A DNA stretch of 64,000 nucleotides, taken from the NCBI GenBank assembly GCA_045577615.1, contig JAZNIT010000064.1, positions 1,694 through 65,693 of the forward strand. Direction: 5' to 3'. The DNA is from Acutalibacteraceae bacterium (GTDB lineage Bacteria > Bacillota > Clostridia > Oscillospirales > Acutalibacteraceae). Of this stretch, positions 27,381 through 37,586 are shown piece after piece. Under the pieces are notes generated by a model, which was not told where the DNA came from, did not search any database, and was given only the letters and a program-made list of their open reading frames with translations. Position numbers and translations under genes: made by a program. Within the stretch, counting starts at the first letter, position 1. Each line of letters begins with the position of its first letter.

Positions 27381-27487
27381 ACCTCCCCTATTTTATTCTA
27401 AGGTATTTTATCACTTTTAGTTATATATTGCAACAACAAACTTGTAACAATTGTATTAAGACATTATAAATTTAATTATAAATACTC

Positions 27488-27516
27488 TTGAATTCTAGTG
27501 TTTAAATTGATATATT
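27488..27516 (+). promoter_or_regulatory. Putative promoter of the TSCPD operon
   Basis: TTGAAT, 17 nt, TATATT. Confidence 0.45.
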
Positions 27517-27548
27517 ATAAATATAGAAAACAATGAAAGGTTATTTTT

Positions 27549-27803
27549 ATGAAGCACATTTATAAAACAAAAGGCGTGTGTGCCAAAGAAATACAAATAG
27601 AAGTTGAAAACGACATTGTAAAATCAGTAAAGTTTTTAGGCGGTTGCGCAGGTAATACACAAGGGGTTGCAAAGCTTGTGGCAGGTATGACTATTGACCA
27701 GGTTATTGACCGACTAAAAGGCATTCGTTGCGGTTTCAAATCCACCTCATGCCCCGATCAATTATCTGCAGCATTGGAGCAAATCAAATCATCAAAGGAT
27801 TGA
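27549..27803 (+). CDS. TSCPD domain protein (TIGR03905-like, 4-Cys)
   Basis: 84 aa with GGCAGNTQG and TSCPDQL motifs. Confidence 0.8.
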   Translation: MKHIYKTKGVCAKEIQIEVENDIVKSVKFLGGCAGNTQGVAKLVAGMTIDQVIDRLKGIRCGFKSTSCPDQLSAALEQIKSSKD

Positions 27804-27807
27804 TTTT

Positions 27808-28329
27808 ATGACACATCAGGACGAAGACATTAAGATATTCAACAGCAGCAAATCAATAGAGCCGACGGAAGATTTCGAAATTCTATTTAACGATTCCCTT
27901 GATAATGCGCGCAAACTAGGCGTCGCATTGGCCGGTATGACCAAAGAGGCCGAACGCGGATTCGAACTGAATATCAACGATGAATTACTCTTGCAGCGCA
28001 GACTTCTGCTTTGCTTTGCAATTGCAACTGCTCTTGAGGATAATTCAAAATCGATACAAGAGGCTCGCACGGCCCTCAACACTTTTTACGACACCATAAA
28101 AAGAAACGATATTGATTTTTATGACGACATCGGAAGCTCAGGCCATTTTTCGTTTTATTATCTTGCTCGCAGACAAGGCGGCGATATTGAACGCAGAATA
28201 GGCCAAACCTTTGCAATGCTTTGCGGTCAAGATGGCGACCCTGTTTGTCAGGAATTAGGCGAAGCACTTTATTGCCAATACACCAATATGGTAAAGGTAC
28301 AAATCAAATCCTTGCAAATGGATAAATAA
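27808..28329 (+). CDS. Hypothetical protein (173 aa)
   Basis: Starts 4 nt after the TSCPD gene, so probably co-transcribed. No recognisable motif. Confidence 0.55.
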   Translation: MTHQDEDIKIFNSSKSIEPTEDFEILFNDSLDNARKLGVALAGMTKEAERGFELNINDELLLQRRLLLCFAIATALEDNSKSIQEARTALNTFYDTIKRNDIDFYDDIGSSGHFSFYYLARRQGGDIERRIGQTFAMLCGQDGDPVCQELGEALYCQYTNMVKVQIKSLQMDK

Positions 28330-28451
28330 AAGGTCGGCTGATGTCTACTTTTTAATACTTTTTCGCCAACTTGTCATATTTATAAAAAATATAATTGCAA
28401 TGAGTTAAAATTAATGATATTATATAGTATATTAATCATAAGGAGATTACT

Positions 28452-29060
28452 ATGAAATCCATTAGAATTATTAGCCTATTTCTCGCAATAAGTTGCATAT
28501 TTGTCTCTGCTGGCTGCAATTCAAGTTCAGTCGGCACAGGTGAGCTTCTTCAAAACGAAGATGTAATTCAATATGATATTACCCCAAAGGATCCTGAAAA
28601 TGTTGTTTCGGCTGCAGATGACCACAAGGCCGATGACGGATACAACTATGAAAAGGCAGATAATACCGATTTCGTTCCGACTGATGAGGGAACCATTGCT
28701 AATGGTTATACCTTAACCGTAAAAGATGAAAAAACAAATAAAGATAAAGACTTGGCTTCAGTTTATATCGAACAAAGCGATATGAATGTGTTAGAAATTG
28801 ACATTATGACCAATGATGCAACCGATTCAGATTTAGAGGCTGCAGTTAAGCTAATTCGCGAACTTGTTAACTCATCATTTGATAATTTCCCTATGACTGA
28901 ATTAGAAGCAACATTTCCTTTATCCGTAGCAAAAATCAAAGCCTTGATAAGTAATAATACTGCAGAATCAAACACTGTTTATGGCAGAGACACTTCAACT
29001 TACGTATCTTACGATTTTTATCCAGATAGTGGAATATTGATTATTAGAGCAGAAATATAA
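28452..29060 (+). CDS. Hypothetical lipoprotein (202 aa)
   Basis: AGGAGA RBS and lipobox VSAGC. Confidence 0.65.
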   Translation: MKSIRIISLFLAISCIFVSAGCNSSSVGTGELLQNEDVIQYDITPKDPENVVSAADDHKADDGYNYEKADNTDFVPTDEGTIANGYTLTVKDEKTNKDKDLASVYIEQSDMNVLEIDIMTNDATDSDLEAAVKLIRELVNSSFDNFPMTELEATFPLSVAKIKALISNNTAESNTVYGRDTSTYVSYDFYPDSGILIIRAEI

Positions 29061-29065
29061 TCTTA

Positions 29066-29094
29066 AAGCCCGACAAAAAGGTGTCGGGCTTTTA
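29066..29094 (+). terminator. Rho-independent terminator
   Basis: AAAGCCCGAC/GTCGGGCTTT stem followed by a T-run. Confidence 0.7.
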
Positions 29095-29111
29095 CTTTGA
29101 CAGGTGCAGGT

Positions 29112-30290
29112 ATGAAAAACACTAATTATAAACTAACAATATTTTCTTGTTTTTCGGGTTATATTACCCAAGCTATTGCCGTTAACTTTCCGCCATTATT
29201 GTTTGTAGCATTTATGACTGAGTTTAATTTGCCGTTCAGTCAGCTAACAGCACTAATTACCATTACATTTGTAATTCAGTTATTTATAGATTTTACTCTG
29301 TCAAATGTTTTGAACAATAAAAATGTAAAGTTTTTAGTAGTAAGTTCTCAGGTAACCGCCATTATTGGTTTGGTTGGATTATCATTCGTTCCTGATTTGT
29401 TCGAAAACAAATTTATAGGGCTTGTAATATGCTCTGTATTTTATTCTGCCGGAAGCGGCTTGATAGAAGTAGTGGTTAGCCCTATAGTTGAAAACTGTCC
29501 TACCCAAAACAAATCAGGCTTTATGAGCTTACTGCACTCCTTTTATTGCTGGGGATCAGCATTCACAATCGGATTATCAACAGCATTTTTCTTTATGTAC
29601 GGCAGATCAAACTGGCGGGTATTGTCATTGATCTGGGCTATAATCCCCTTAATTAACGCAATTTTAATGTTAATAATGCCTATTCCCGAAATTGAAAAGT
29701 CACATGCTAAGGTTGGTAAACAATTATACCAAAGCTCTACATTTATTATAATGTTTGTGCTGATGTTCTTCGGCGGTGCTGCAGAATTAGCAGTCAGTCA
29801 ATGGGCTTCAACCTTTGCTGAAACAGGATTGAAAATTCCAAAAGCAGCAGGAGATCTTGCAGGCCCATTCTTATTTGCAATACTGATGGGCAGCGGCAGA
29901 GTCATATTCACAGCATTAGGTAATAAAATCAGACTTATTAACTATATGATTTTATCATGCTCATTACTAACCGTAGGCTTTATATTAACTGCTTTTTCTC
30001 CTTTCCCCTCACTATCTTTTTTGGGCATAGCAATTTGCGGCTTGTCAGTTGCAATATTCTGGCCGGGAACTATCAGCCTTGCAGCGGCAAGATTTGGTTC
30101 ATCAGCATCACTGTTCGGATTGCTTGCCTTTGCAGGTGATACGGGATGCACAGTGGGGCCGCTTGTAGTTGGTGCAATATCACAGCAATTCAACAACAGC
30201 ATATCAATCGGACTTGGTTTTTCACTCATATTCCCTATTGGAATGATGTTAATAATATTGTTATTAAAATACAAAAAAAGAATTGCATAA
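29112..30290 (+). CDS. MFS transporter
   Basis: About 12 TM helices with an MFS-like loop pattern. I prefer the ATG at 29112 over the TTG at 29097. Confidence 0.75.
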   Translation: MKNTNYKLTIFSCFSGYITQAIAVNFPPLLFVAFMTEFNLPFSQLTALITITFVIQLFIDFTLSNVLNNKNVKFLVVSSQVTAIIGLVGLSFVPDLFENKFIGLVICSVFYSAGSGLIEVVVSPIVENCPTQNKSGFMSLLHSFYCWGSAFTIGLSTAFFFMYGRSNWRVLSLIWAIIPLINAILMLIMPIPEIEKSHAKVGKQLYQSSTFIIMFVLMFFGGAAELAVSQWASTFAETGLKIPKAAGDLAGPFLFAILMGSGRVIFTALGNKIRLINYMILSCSLLTVGFILTAFSPFPSLSFLGIAICGLSVAIFWPGTISLAAARFGSSASLFGLLAFAGDTGCTVGPLVVGAISQQFNNSISIGLGFSLIFPIGMMLIILLLKYKKRIA

Positions 30291-30291
30291 T

Positions 30292-30326
30292 AAAAAGCAA
30301 CCGATGATTGCATCGGTTGCTTTTTA
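30292..30326. terminator. Bidirectional rho-independent terminator
   Basis: AAAAAGCAACCGATG/CATCGGTTGCTTTTT stem between the MFS gene and radA. Confidence 0.75.
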
Positions 30327-30329
30327 TTT

Positions 30330-31694
30330 TTAGTCATCAAATATTACTGCTGCAGCTTGTCTTACTGATTTAACGCCAAATATCTCTATTCCGTCAACCC
30401 TCTGCAACTGTTTAATACACGATGCAGGAACAACACATTTTGTAAATCCAAGCCGCGCAGCCTCTTGAACACGCTGCTGAGCTTGTGAAACAGCACGGAT
30501 TTCCCCCGACAGACCGATCTCGCCAAATACTGCAACATCCTCAGGCACAGGCGCATCCTTTAAGCTTGAAATCATACTAATGGCCACAGCAAGATCGGCT
30601 GCAGGCTCATCAAGCCTGAATCCGCCAACAATATTGATATAAGCATCAAGATTAGCAAAGAAATATCCACTGCGTTTCTCTAAAACAGCAAGAATAAGAT
30701 TAAAACGGTTATAATCAAACCCCGTAGACATACGACGAGGGTTACCAAATCCGCTTTCTGTAGCCAATCCTTGAACCTCTGCCAATATAGGTCTGCTACC
30801 CTCAATAGTTGCTACAACGCATGTACCCGGCACATTCTTGGGTCGGCCTGACAAAAGCATTTGAGAAGGATTAGCAACCTCTACAAGACCAATGTCGCGC
30901 ATCTCAAACACGCCGATCTCGTTGGTTGAGCCAAAACGGTTTTTAACAGCGCGTAAAATTCTGTACGAAAGATTTCTGTCACCCTCGAAATACAGCACGG
31001 CATCAACAATATGCTCCATAACCTTAGGTCCCGCTATCGCGCCGTCCTTATTAACATGACCAATAATAAAAATAGGAATATCACAGGTCTTGGCTGTTCT
31101 CAAAAATAAATTGGTGCTTTCTCTTACCTGGGGCACACTGCCAGGTGAAGAGTTAAACTCTGATATAGACATTGTTTGAATAGAGTCTATAATCGCTACA
31201 TCAGGATTGTTTGCCTTAATATATTCACAAATCGCCTGAGCATCGGTAGCAGACATAACCGAAAGATTCTCGGTATCTACGCCCAATCGGTCAGCTCTTA
31301 ACTTAATTTGGCGCTGGGATTCCTCGCCGGAAACATACAGCACGCTAAGATTTTGGCCTAAATATTGGCAAATTTGAAGCATCATAGTTGATTTACCAAT
31401 GCCGGGATCACCGCCAAGCAAAATCAAAGAGCCACGAACAATACCACCACCAAGAACTCTGTCAAGTTCACCAACACCGGTTCTGATTCTGGGCTCGTTA
31501 TCTGTGCTGATTTTATCGAGTGTCGAAGCTGTGACATTAGAAGAAATTGCAGAGCTTTTTGAAGCAGAAGAAGTTGACACCTCTACCTCTTCAACGAGGG
31601 TATTCCACTCATTACATGAGGGGCATTTGCCATACCACTTTGCACTTTCGTAACCACATTCGCTGCAAATATAAACACTTTTAACTTTGGGCAT
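30330..31694 (-). CDS. radA: DNA repair protein RadA
   Basis: N-terminal zinc ribbon, Walker A GDPGIGKST, KNRFG motif and a Lon-like C-terminus. Confidence 0.95.
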   Translation of the reverse strand: MPKVKSVYICSECGYESAKWYGKCPSCNEWNTLVEEVEVSTSSASKSSAISSNVTASTLDKISTDNEPRIRTGVGELDRVLGGGIVRGSLILLGGDPGIGKSTMMLQICQYLGQNLSVLYVSGEESQRQIKLRADRLGVDTENLSVMSATDAQAICEYIKANNPDVAIIDSIQTMSISEFNSSPGSVPQVRESTNLFLRTAKTCDIPIFIIGHVNKDGAIAGPKVMEHIVDAVLYFEGDRNLSYRILRAVKNRFGSTNEIGVFEMRDIGLVEVANPSQMLLSGRPKNVPGTCVVATIEGSRPILAEVQGLATESGFGNPRRMSTGFDYNRFNLILAVLEKRSGYFFANLDAYINIVGGFRLDEPAADLAVAISMISSLKDAPVPEDVAVFGEIGLSGEIRAVSQAQQRVQEAARLGFTKCVVPASCIKQLQRVDGIEIFGVKSVRQAAAVIFDD

Positions 31695-31711
31695 TTATAA
31701 ATCCTCCCATC

Positions 31712-32395
31712 TTACGATCTAATCCAATCCAGCAAACCAAGAGCAATAGCTAAAGACAGCTCGCTTTGATATTTTGGATCCTTTAATTGATTAAGGTCAT
31801 TATAATTGGATAAAAATCCACACTCAACCAGAACTGCAGTTGAATCACTAGGTGCATAATGAACTATATACACGTCTTTTGTGCAAGGTTTAATTTTTCT
31901 GTTATTATACTTCTGAACAAGATTTGCAATATTTGTTTGCAAGCTTTCAGCCAATAATTTAGACTTATCGTTGGTAGGCGTATAAAACATCTGCCCACCT
32001 TTGACCGATGCTGATGAATATTGGTTTTGATGGATTGACAAATATACGCAGCCCGAATATTTACTTAAATAAGAAAATCTGTTTTGAATATCACTTTTTT
32101 TCTTTTCTCGAATAGATGCCCCTCTGCTTTCAACAGAACAATCACTATCCCGTATAAGCACCGTATTAAATCCGAGCTGAATTAAAACTTCATTAAGCTT
32201 AAGAGATACCGCAAGATTGATGTCCTTTTCAAGTGTACCATCGATGCCAATACAACCGCTATCAAAGCCACCATGACCGGCATCAATAACTATAATCTGC
32301 CGCTTCTCCTTAATGGCAAAAGCTCTGGTTATATCAAATACGCATGAAATCAAAACAGTTATAGCACAAATTACAATTAAAACTCGTTTAAACAT
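31712..32395 (-). CDS. cwlD: N-acetylmuramoyl-L-alanine amidase (CwlD-like)
   Basis: Amidase_3 signature VIDAGHGGFDSG, N-terminal TM helix, about 230 aa as for CwlD. Confidence 0.75.
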   Translation of the reverse strand: MFKRVLIVICAITVLISCVFDITRAFAIKEKRQIIVIDAGHGGFDSGCIGIDGTLEKDINLAVSLKLNEVLIQLGFNTVLIRDSDCSVESRGASIREKKKSDIQNRFSYLSKYSGCVYLSIHQNQYSSASVKGGQMFYTPTNDKSKLLAESLQTNIANLVQKYNNRKIKPCTKDVYIVHYAPSDSTAVLVECGFLSNYNDLNQLKDPKYQSELSLAIALGLLDWIRS

Positions 32396-32482
32396 TATAC
32401 CACCATATTAATATTATGATGATGCAAGTTAAAACATTAACATTTTATCACAAACAGCAATATCTTTCAACACAATTAGAAT

Positions 32483-32512
32483 AAAAAAGATAGCAATTAC
32501 GCTATCTTTTTT
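32483..32512 (-). terminator. Rho-independent terminator
   Basis: AAAAAAGATAGC/GCTATCTTTTTT stem. Confidence 0.7.
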
Positions 32513-32513
32513 A

Positions 32514-33068
32514 TCATTTCGATTTTTTAACAAGCTTAAACGTTTCGCTGAAAGAGATTCGATTGAAACCCATATAATAACCAAGTCCTACCGATAAAGG
32601 AACAGAAACAGGCACAAGTGCTGCTACAATAACTGAACCGATAGTTTGTTCTGAAAAAGTCAAGGTTGCGGGCATAACAGACTGATTAAACGGAATAAAA
32701 GGTGAAAAAATCATCTTAAACCAACTATATACACTTTCAGGCAACAGGTCAAATTTTGCAAACAAAAGAGCAATGCAAAGCAACAAAAAGGGAGAATATG
32801 CAATAAAGCCAACCTTAAAGCCATAATAATTGCTGCGTTTAATATCTTTATAGTTCACAAGGTTATAATCGCTGTCCCCTTTTTTCCACATTGTTAGATA
32901 AGGCAAAATTATGATAATACCCAAGCAAAATCCCTGAGCAACAAAGCCTCCCGCAACTCCGGGAAAGAAAGCCAATATAGAAAGGGCCACCAACATACTC
33001 ATAATATGATAACCTGTCAAACGCAAAAACATACCCAATGTATTGCTTGCAAAACTATTACTATCCAT
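32514..33068 (-). CDS. Hypothetical membrane protein (184 aa)
   Basis: About 5 hydrophobic helices and no recognisable motif. Confidence 0.55.
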   Translation of the reverse strand: MDSNSFASNTLGMFLRLTGYHIMSMLVALSILAFFPGVAGGFVAQGFCLGIIIILPYLTMWKKGDSDYNLVNYKDIKRSNYYGFKVGFIAYSPFLLLCIALLFAKFDLLPESVYSWFKMIFSPFIPFNQSVMPATLTFSEQTIGSVIVAALVPVSVPLSVGLGYYMGFNRISFSETFKLVKKSK

Positions 33069-33122
33069 TTAATCACCCAACCTAAAACTTTTAGGTTATT
33101 TTAACACATAATTATGAACAAA

Positions 33123-33599
33123 TCAAATCATTTTACGTTTTGCCGATTGATTTACACCAAAAACTCCGCCGGTTGCAGATAAGACGGTCATCAAAAGCAG
33201 TCTGACCATGCTGTTGATTGATATGCTGCCACTATTAACAAACAGCGATATTATCGTAACAACGGCAAACAGTACAAAACCTGAAACAAACCCAAATACT
33301 AAACCTCTGGATTTATGCAGAATCGTGCAAACAAATCCACAAACAAATGCGCCAAAAGACAAACAAACATTTGACATGGGAGTTGCTGCTGATGCCGAAA
33401 AATCTTTTATTGTTAGAATAAAAGAGCAAATCAGCATACCGACAAATGTAATAATGCATCCAGAAGCAACACCGATAATCACATGTTTAACTGCAGAATT
33501 ATAAAAATAATTGTTTCGTTTCAAAAAAACACCCCTCAAATTATGCTGTAATAAAGCATATTCGAGAGGTGAATTTTTATTACTTACCTGCAGAGTCAC
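33123..33599 (-). CDS. Hypothetical membrane protein (possibly TIGR04086/YrzE-like)
   Basis: Four Gly-rich TM helices. Overlaps the yajC 3' end by 20 nt. Confidence 0.5.
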   Translation of the reverse strand: MTLQVSNKNSPLEYALLQHNLRGVFLKRNNYFYNSAVKHVIIGVASGCIITFVGMLICSFILTIKDFSASAATPMSNVCLSFGAFVCGFVCTILHKSRGLVFGFVSGFVLFAVVTIISLFVNSGSISINSMVRLLLMTVLSATGGVFGVNQSAKRKMI

Positions 33600-33915
33600 G
33601 AACAGTAAGATTTTGAGATACTGCTGAGCGTGAAATCTGAATCTTAGAACGATCGCCTGAAGACTCGATTACAATGCTGTCGTCCTTAAGAGAAACAACT
33701 CGTCCATAAATACCGCCAATGGTGATAATCTCATCACCAATTTGAAGCTCGCTGCGCATCTTTGCTTCAGCCTTTTGCTGCTTGCGCTGAGGGCGAATCA
33801 TAACAAAGTACATAACGCCGATCATTACTACTAAAAATACAATTGAAACCCAACCGCCACCACCTTGTGCAGTGGTTTCTGCTGCATCGGCAGCAAATAC
33901 AAACAAATTATTCAT
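33580..33915 (-). CDS. yajC: Preprotein translocase subunit YajC
   Basis: Single TM helix followed by MIRPQRKQQK and GDEIITIGGIYG. Confidence 0.88.
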   Translation of the reverse strand: MNNLFVFAADAAETTAQGGGGWVSIVFLVVMIGVMYFVMIRPQRKQQKAEAKMRSELQIGDEIITIGGIYGRVVSLKDDSIVIESSGDRSKIQISRSAVSQNLTVRDSAGK

Positions 33916-33974
33916 AATAAACCTCCAAAAATTATTAGCCTCATTGTATCACACAAAGCATACAAATGCAAGCA

Positions 33975-35027
33975 TTATTCAAAATATACAACCTTGTTGT
34001 CACGAGCAGATTCCATTGCTGCTTCCATAAGCTTCATAATACGCATAACCTGATCGTTACGAACAATTTGCTCCTCATCGCCTCTACAAGCAGCCATAAC
34101 ATTGTAATAAAAGTTACGCAAATCAGATTCGGGTATATCCAAAGGATAAGTTTTATACTGGTCGGGATTACGAGGTGCCATGGTTTTAGTGATACCAGAT
34201 GCTGTGATTACAGGAACAATATTGGTATTATCGATTTTTTCAGCAATCACAACATTATTGTCGTTAACATCCCAGCCGCGAATTATAGCAGATCCGTTGC
34301 GACCAAGCATATACCATCTGGGAAGAGAAATAAAGTTGCTGGTACCCACCTCAAGAACAGCCTCAACACCACTTTCAAACTTAAGTTTGATATTAAATCC
34401 GTCATCTACCAGTTCATTGGTAACGTGATCAACAGTGCAATAAACGCTCTTTATTTTTTCATTGACCAAAAGAACCATCTGATCAAGAATATGAACGCCC
34501 CAGTCGAGAATCATTCCGCCGCCGAAATCGGGATATTGACGCCAATCGCCCGGAATACCGCGGGAGCCGTGAACTCTGTTTTCAATTCTGAAAACATCGC
34601 CCAATTTACCGTTTTCATAAAGCTGCTTCATTGCAAGGTAATCTCTGTCCCAACGACGATTTTGATATACTACAAAAACCTTACCGGTTTCTTTTTGTAC
34701 CTCTAAAACCTCTGCAAGCTCGTCACTGTTCAACATTACAGGCTTTTCACACACTACATTTTTGCCTGCACGCATTGCATCAATAGACAATTGCTTGTGA
34801 GAGTCGTTTGGAGTAGCAATAACTATTATATCAATCTTTTCATCAGCAAGCATTGCTGCATAGTTTTCATAAACAAAAATGCCGTTTTCACGAGCGAATT
34901 CATTTCTGCACTCTCTTATATCGTACACGCCTGCAAGTTCAAGACCTTCAACACGTGATATAAGATTTCTGTGAGAATTACCCTCGCCGCCAAAGCCAAC
35001 AATACCTGCAAACATTGTTTTAGACAT
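33975..35027 (-). CDS. Gfo/Idh/MocA family oxidoreductase
   Basis: N-terminal Rossmann fold and an EKP motif (VVCEKPV). Confidence 0.85.
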   Translation of the reverse strand: MSKTMFAGIVGFGGEGNSHRNLISRVEGLELAGVYDIRECRNEFARENGIFVYENYAAMLADEKIDIIVIATPNDSHKQLSIDAMRAGKNVVCEKPVMLNSDELAEVLEVQKETGKVFVVYQNRRWDRDYLAMKQLYENGKLGDVFRIENRVHGSRGIPGDWRQYPDFGGGMILDWGVHILDQMVLLVNEKIKSVYCTVDHVTNELVDDGFNIKLKFESGVEAVLEVGTSNFISLPRWYMLGRNGSAIIRGWDVNDNNVVIAEKIDNTNIVPVITASGITKTMAPRNPDQYKTYPLDIPESDLRNFYYNVMAACRGDEEQIVRNDQVMRIMKLMEAAMESARDNKVVYFE

Positions 35028-35132
35028 TGTTAAACCTCCAAAATCTGTCTACTTTTCTAATGAAATTATACATCACCAATGAAAAAAATCAATAGCGTGC
35101 GCAAAAAAAGTCTACATTAGATAAAAAATGGT

Positions 35133-35999
35133 CTATTGTTTAAAAAGTTGATTTTCTTTTTGAGTTTGAATAGTTACAACAGTGTCTTTTATAGAATTAT
35201 ACCAGTGATTTGCCAACTTCTCATAGCCTTGAGGCAGAGGGTGAACAAAGTCATCGGCTGTATAATCCTCCCAAACAATTCCTGTTGTTTCAGCAGTCAT
35301 CTCAACAAAATCTATTTTATAACCCTGCGCCTTTTTATCTTCAACATATTGGCGGTAAGCAGGCAAAAAATTCCTAATTACAATATCAGAATTATTTAGA
35401 GTTTCAGCACCGTTATACCCTCTAACAGGCGGAGGATTAGCGAGAAAGATATGTACATCGGGGAACATTTCATACAGCTTGTTTATAAGTAATTCATCCA
35501 TATCCTTCACTGTCTGCTCTGCAGAAATTCGCTGGGTATTATCGTTTCTGCCAATCATAAGCAATATTATGTCAGGATTACAATTCTTCATAGATTCAAG
35601 CTCATTAGACAATGATTTTACAGTTGCACCACCAAATCCGGAATGCATCCAGTTACCATCCCTAATGCTATCATAAGACCAATTGTGGCAACCAACGAAC
35701 ACAGAATTGTGGCCACCATCTTTGAGCATAGTTGAAAGATATCCTCTATAAGCACTTGTCTTGTGCTGACCGCCTTGAGTAAGTGAATCGCCCAGAGGCA
35801 TAATATTAACCTTCGTTTTTTGCTTAATTTGATATGCAGTAAGTTTGCTTGAGGTATTGCTGCTTACTTTGGAAGAAACATTGCTGCACTCCTTTTGAGA
35901 ATCGGGTTCAGACTGAGCAACCGGCTCACCGCAACCAACAAATGTTAAAATCAGCACAATAGAAATAAATAATGAAACAAAAGTCTTAATGCCAGACAT
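35133..35999 (-). CDS. SGNH/GDSL hydrolase lipoprotein, paralog 1
   Basis: Lipobox FVGC, Ser-rich linker, and blocks PLGDSLT, GGAT, GRND and DFVHP. Confidence 0.85.
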   Translation of the reverse strand: MSGIKTFVSLFISIVLILTFVGCGEPVAQSEPDSQKECSNVSSKVSSNTSSKLTAYQIKQKTKVNIMPLGDSLTQGGQHKTSAYRGYLSTMLKDGGHNSVFVGCHNWSYDSIRDGNWMHSGFGGATVKSLSNELESMKNCNPDIILLMIGRNDNTQRISAEQTVKDMDELLINKLYEMFPDVHIFLANPPPVRGYNGAETLNNSDIVIRNFLPAYRQYVEDKKAQGYKIDFVEMTAETTGIVWEDYTADDFVHPLPQGYEKLANHWYNSIKDTVVTIQTQKENQLFKQ

Positions 36000-36012
36000 A
36001 ATATCCTCCTAT

Positions 36013-36042
36013 ACAAAAGACCGCACAGAAACCTGCGCGGTC
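36013..36042 (-). terminator. Terminator-like hairpin between SGNH paralogs 2 and 1
   Basis: GACCGCGCAG/CTGTGCGGTC stem with one mismatch, followed by TTTTGT on the minus strand. Confidence 0.5.
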
Positions 36043-36054
36043 CATTAGTTATTC

Positions 36055-36945
36055 TTACTTTGACTTAGATGCTGCAATCTCGGTAATTTTATCGGTAATT
36101 GCTGAATACCACTGCTTGGCAATCTTTTCATATCCCGCAGGTTGGGGATGAACAAAATCTTCAGCAGTAAAATCCTCCCAAATCAACCCGCTGGCTGAAA
36201 CTCGCATATCAACAAAATCAACCTTTGCGCCTTTTGATTTTTGCTGTTGCACATATTCCTCGATTTTTGGTGCATAGTTAGTATCTGATGTCATCTGAAG
36301 TTCCTCGTTGTTATGGTTGCGAACAACAGGAATTGAGGCGATGAAAATATGTGCATTGGGGAACATTTTATACAAATCCACCATAAGATGTTGGTCTAAA
36401 AAGGATATGTAATTGGTGGGACTGGTTCCTTCAGTCATATCATTTCGGCCAATCATAAGCAAGATTATATCCGGATTGCAATCCTTCATCTCGGTCAGCT
36501 TGCCCTTTAAAGTGAAAATAGTATCACCGCCGTAGCCTGAGTGCATAACATTGCCGTCGGTAATCAAATCTGGAGCCCAATTGTGAGAGCCGACAAACTT
36601 GGTATTATAGCCGCCTTCAGTAAGCATTTTTGACAAATGGTTACGATAACCGCTTGACTTTTTAACTGCGTTAGGGTCGTCGCCTACTTTATAACTACCA
36701 CCTTGGGTTAAAGAGTCACCCAAAGGCATAATTGTAACCACAGGCTTTTCAGCTTCACTGCTGACAGGTGCACTACTGGAAGTAGAACTGCTAACATTAG
36801 ACTCAGCTTTGCTTGAGTTAACTGAAGAAGTTATTGAAGATGTTCCGGCTGTTGATTCTTCACCGCAAGAAGAAAATGCAAATAACATTACAAGGCAAAG
36901 AACAACAGCTAAAATTTTCTTTAAATCAAATCTAATCATAATCAT
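36055..36945 (-). CDS. SGNH/GDSL hydrolase lipoprotein, paralog 2
   Basis: Lipobox FSSC, a long Ser-rich linker and the same catalytic blocks. Closely similar to paralog 1. Confidence 0.85.
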   Translation of the reverse strand: MIMIRFDLKKILAVVLCLVMLFAFSSCGEESTAGTSSITSSVNSSKAESNVSSSTSSSAPVSSEAEKPVVTIMPLGDSLTQGGSYKVGDDPNAVKKSSGYRNHLSKMLTEGGYNTKFVGSHNWAPDLITDGNVMHSGYGGDTIFTLKGKLTEMKDCNPDIILLMIGRNDMTEGTSPTNYISFLDQHLMVDLYKMFPNAHIFIASIPVVRNHNNEELQMTSDTNYAPKIEEYVQQQKSKGAKVDFVDMRVSASGLIWEDFTAEDFVHPQPAGYEKIAKQWYSAITDKITEIAASKSK

Positions 36946-37586
36946 TTCAACTCGTCAAGTCTTGACTTAATAGCATTGTACCATGCTGCTGCAAGCTTCA
37001 TATTACCAGAATCGGTAGGATGAATATTATCATCAGAACGGATATCATCAGCAACATAATTCAAGGTCTTATTAGTCATATCAACATAGCGCATATCATA
37101 ACCATTCTTTTGCTTAGCTGCTGCAAGAGACTTAAGGAAAGGAAATTCCCAATTGGTTATACGATCGCTAAGTTCAACGATACTGTTGCCCGAACGCTTA
37201 GGAATGGGGTTTGCACAGTAAAGAGTAACATCAGGATAGCAACGGAAGATATATGCTACCAAAGTACGGTATCTTTCTTCCAACTGTTCGTTAAGGTTAC
37301 CGGCCAAATCGTTGGTGGTAATCATAAGCATAATGATATCGGGATCGTACTCTTCAGCAAACAAGGTTTCTTTGTTTGCCAAAATATCAGTAAGCTTCCA
37401 ACCACCCTGAGCAGAGTGATGTGAATACTCTTCAGGGAAGTTGTATCTGTCAAGACGATCTGCAGGAGTGTTGTTGGGGCCAACAAACATAAAGTTATAG
37501 CCGTCCTCAAGAAGGATATCGCACAAATAGTTACGATAAGCACAAGTATCAGGATAGCCTGCTGTAAGTGAGTCACCAAGAGGCAT
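36942..37586 (-). CDS. SGNH/GDSL hydrolase, paralog 3 (catalytic domain only; N-terminus degraded)
   Basis: The ORF begins exactly at MPLGDSLT. Its stop overlaps the paralog 2 start (ATGA). Confidence 0.65.
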   Translation of the reverse strand: MPLGDSLTAGYPDTCAYRNYLCDILLEDGYNFMFVGPNNTPADRLDRYNFPEEYSHHSAQGGWKLTDILANKETLFAEEYDPDIIMLMITTNDLAGNLNEQLEERYRTLVAYIFRCYPDVTLYCANPIPKRSGNSIVELSDRITNWEFPFLKSLAAAKQKNGYDMRYVDMTNKTLNYVADDIRSDDNIHPTDSGNMKLAAAWYNAIKSRLDELK

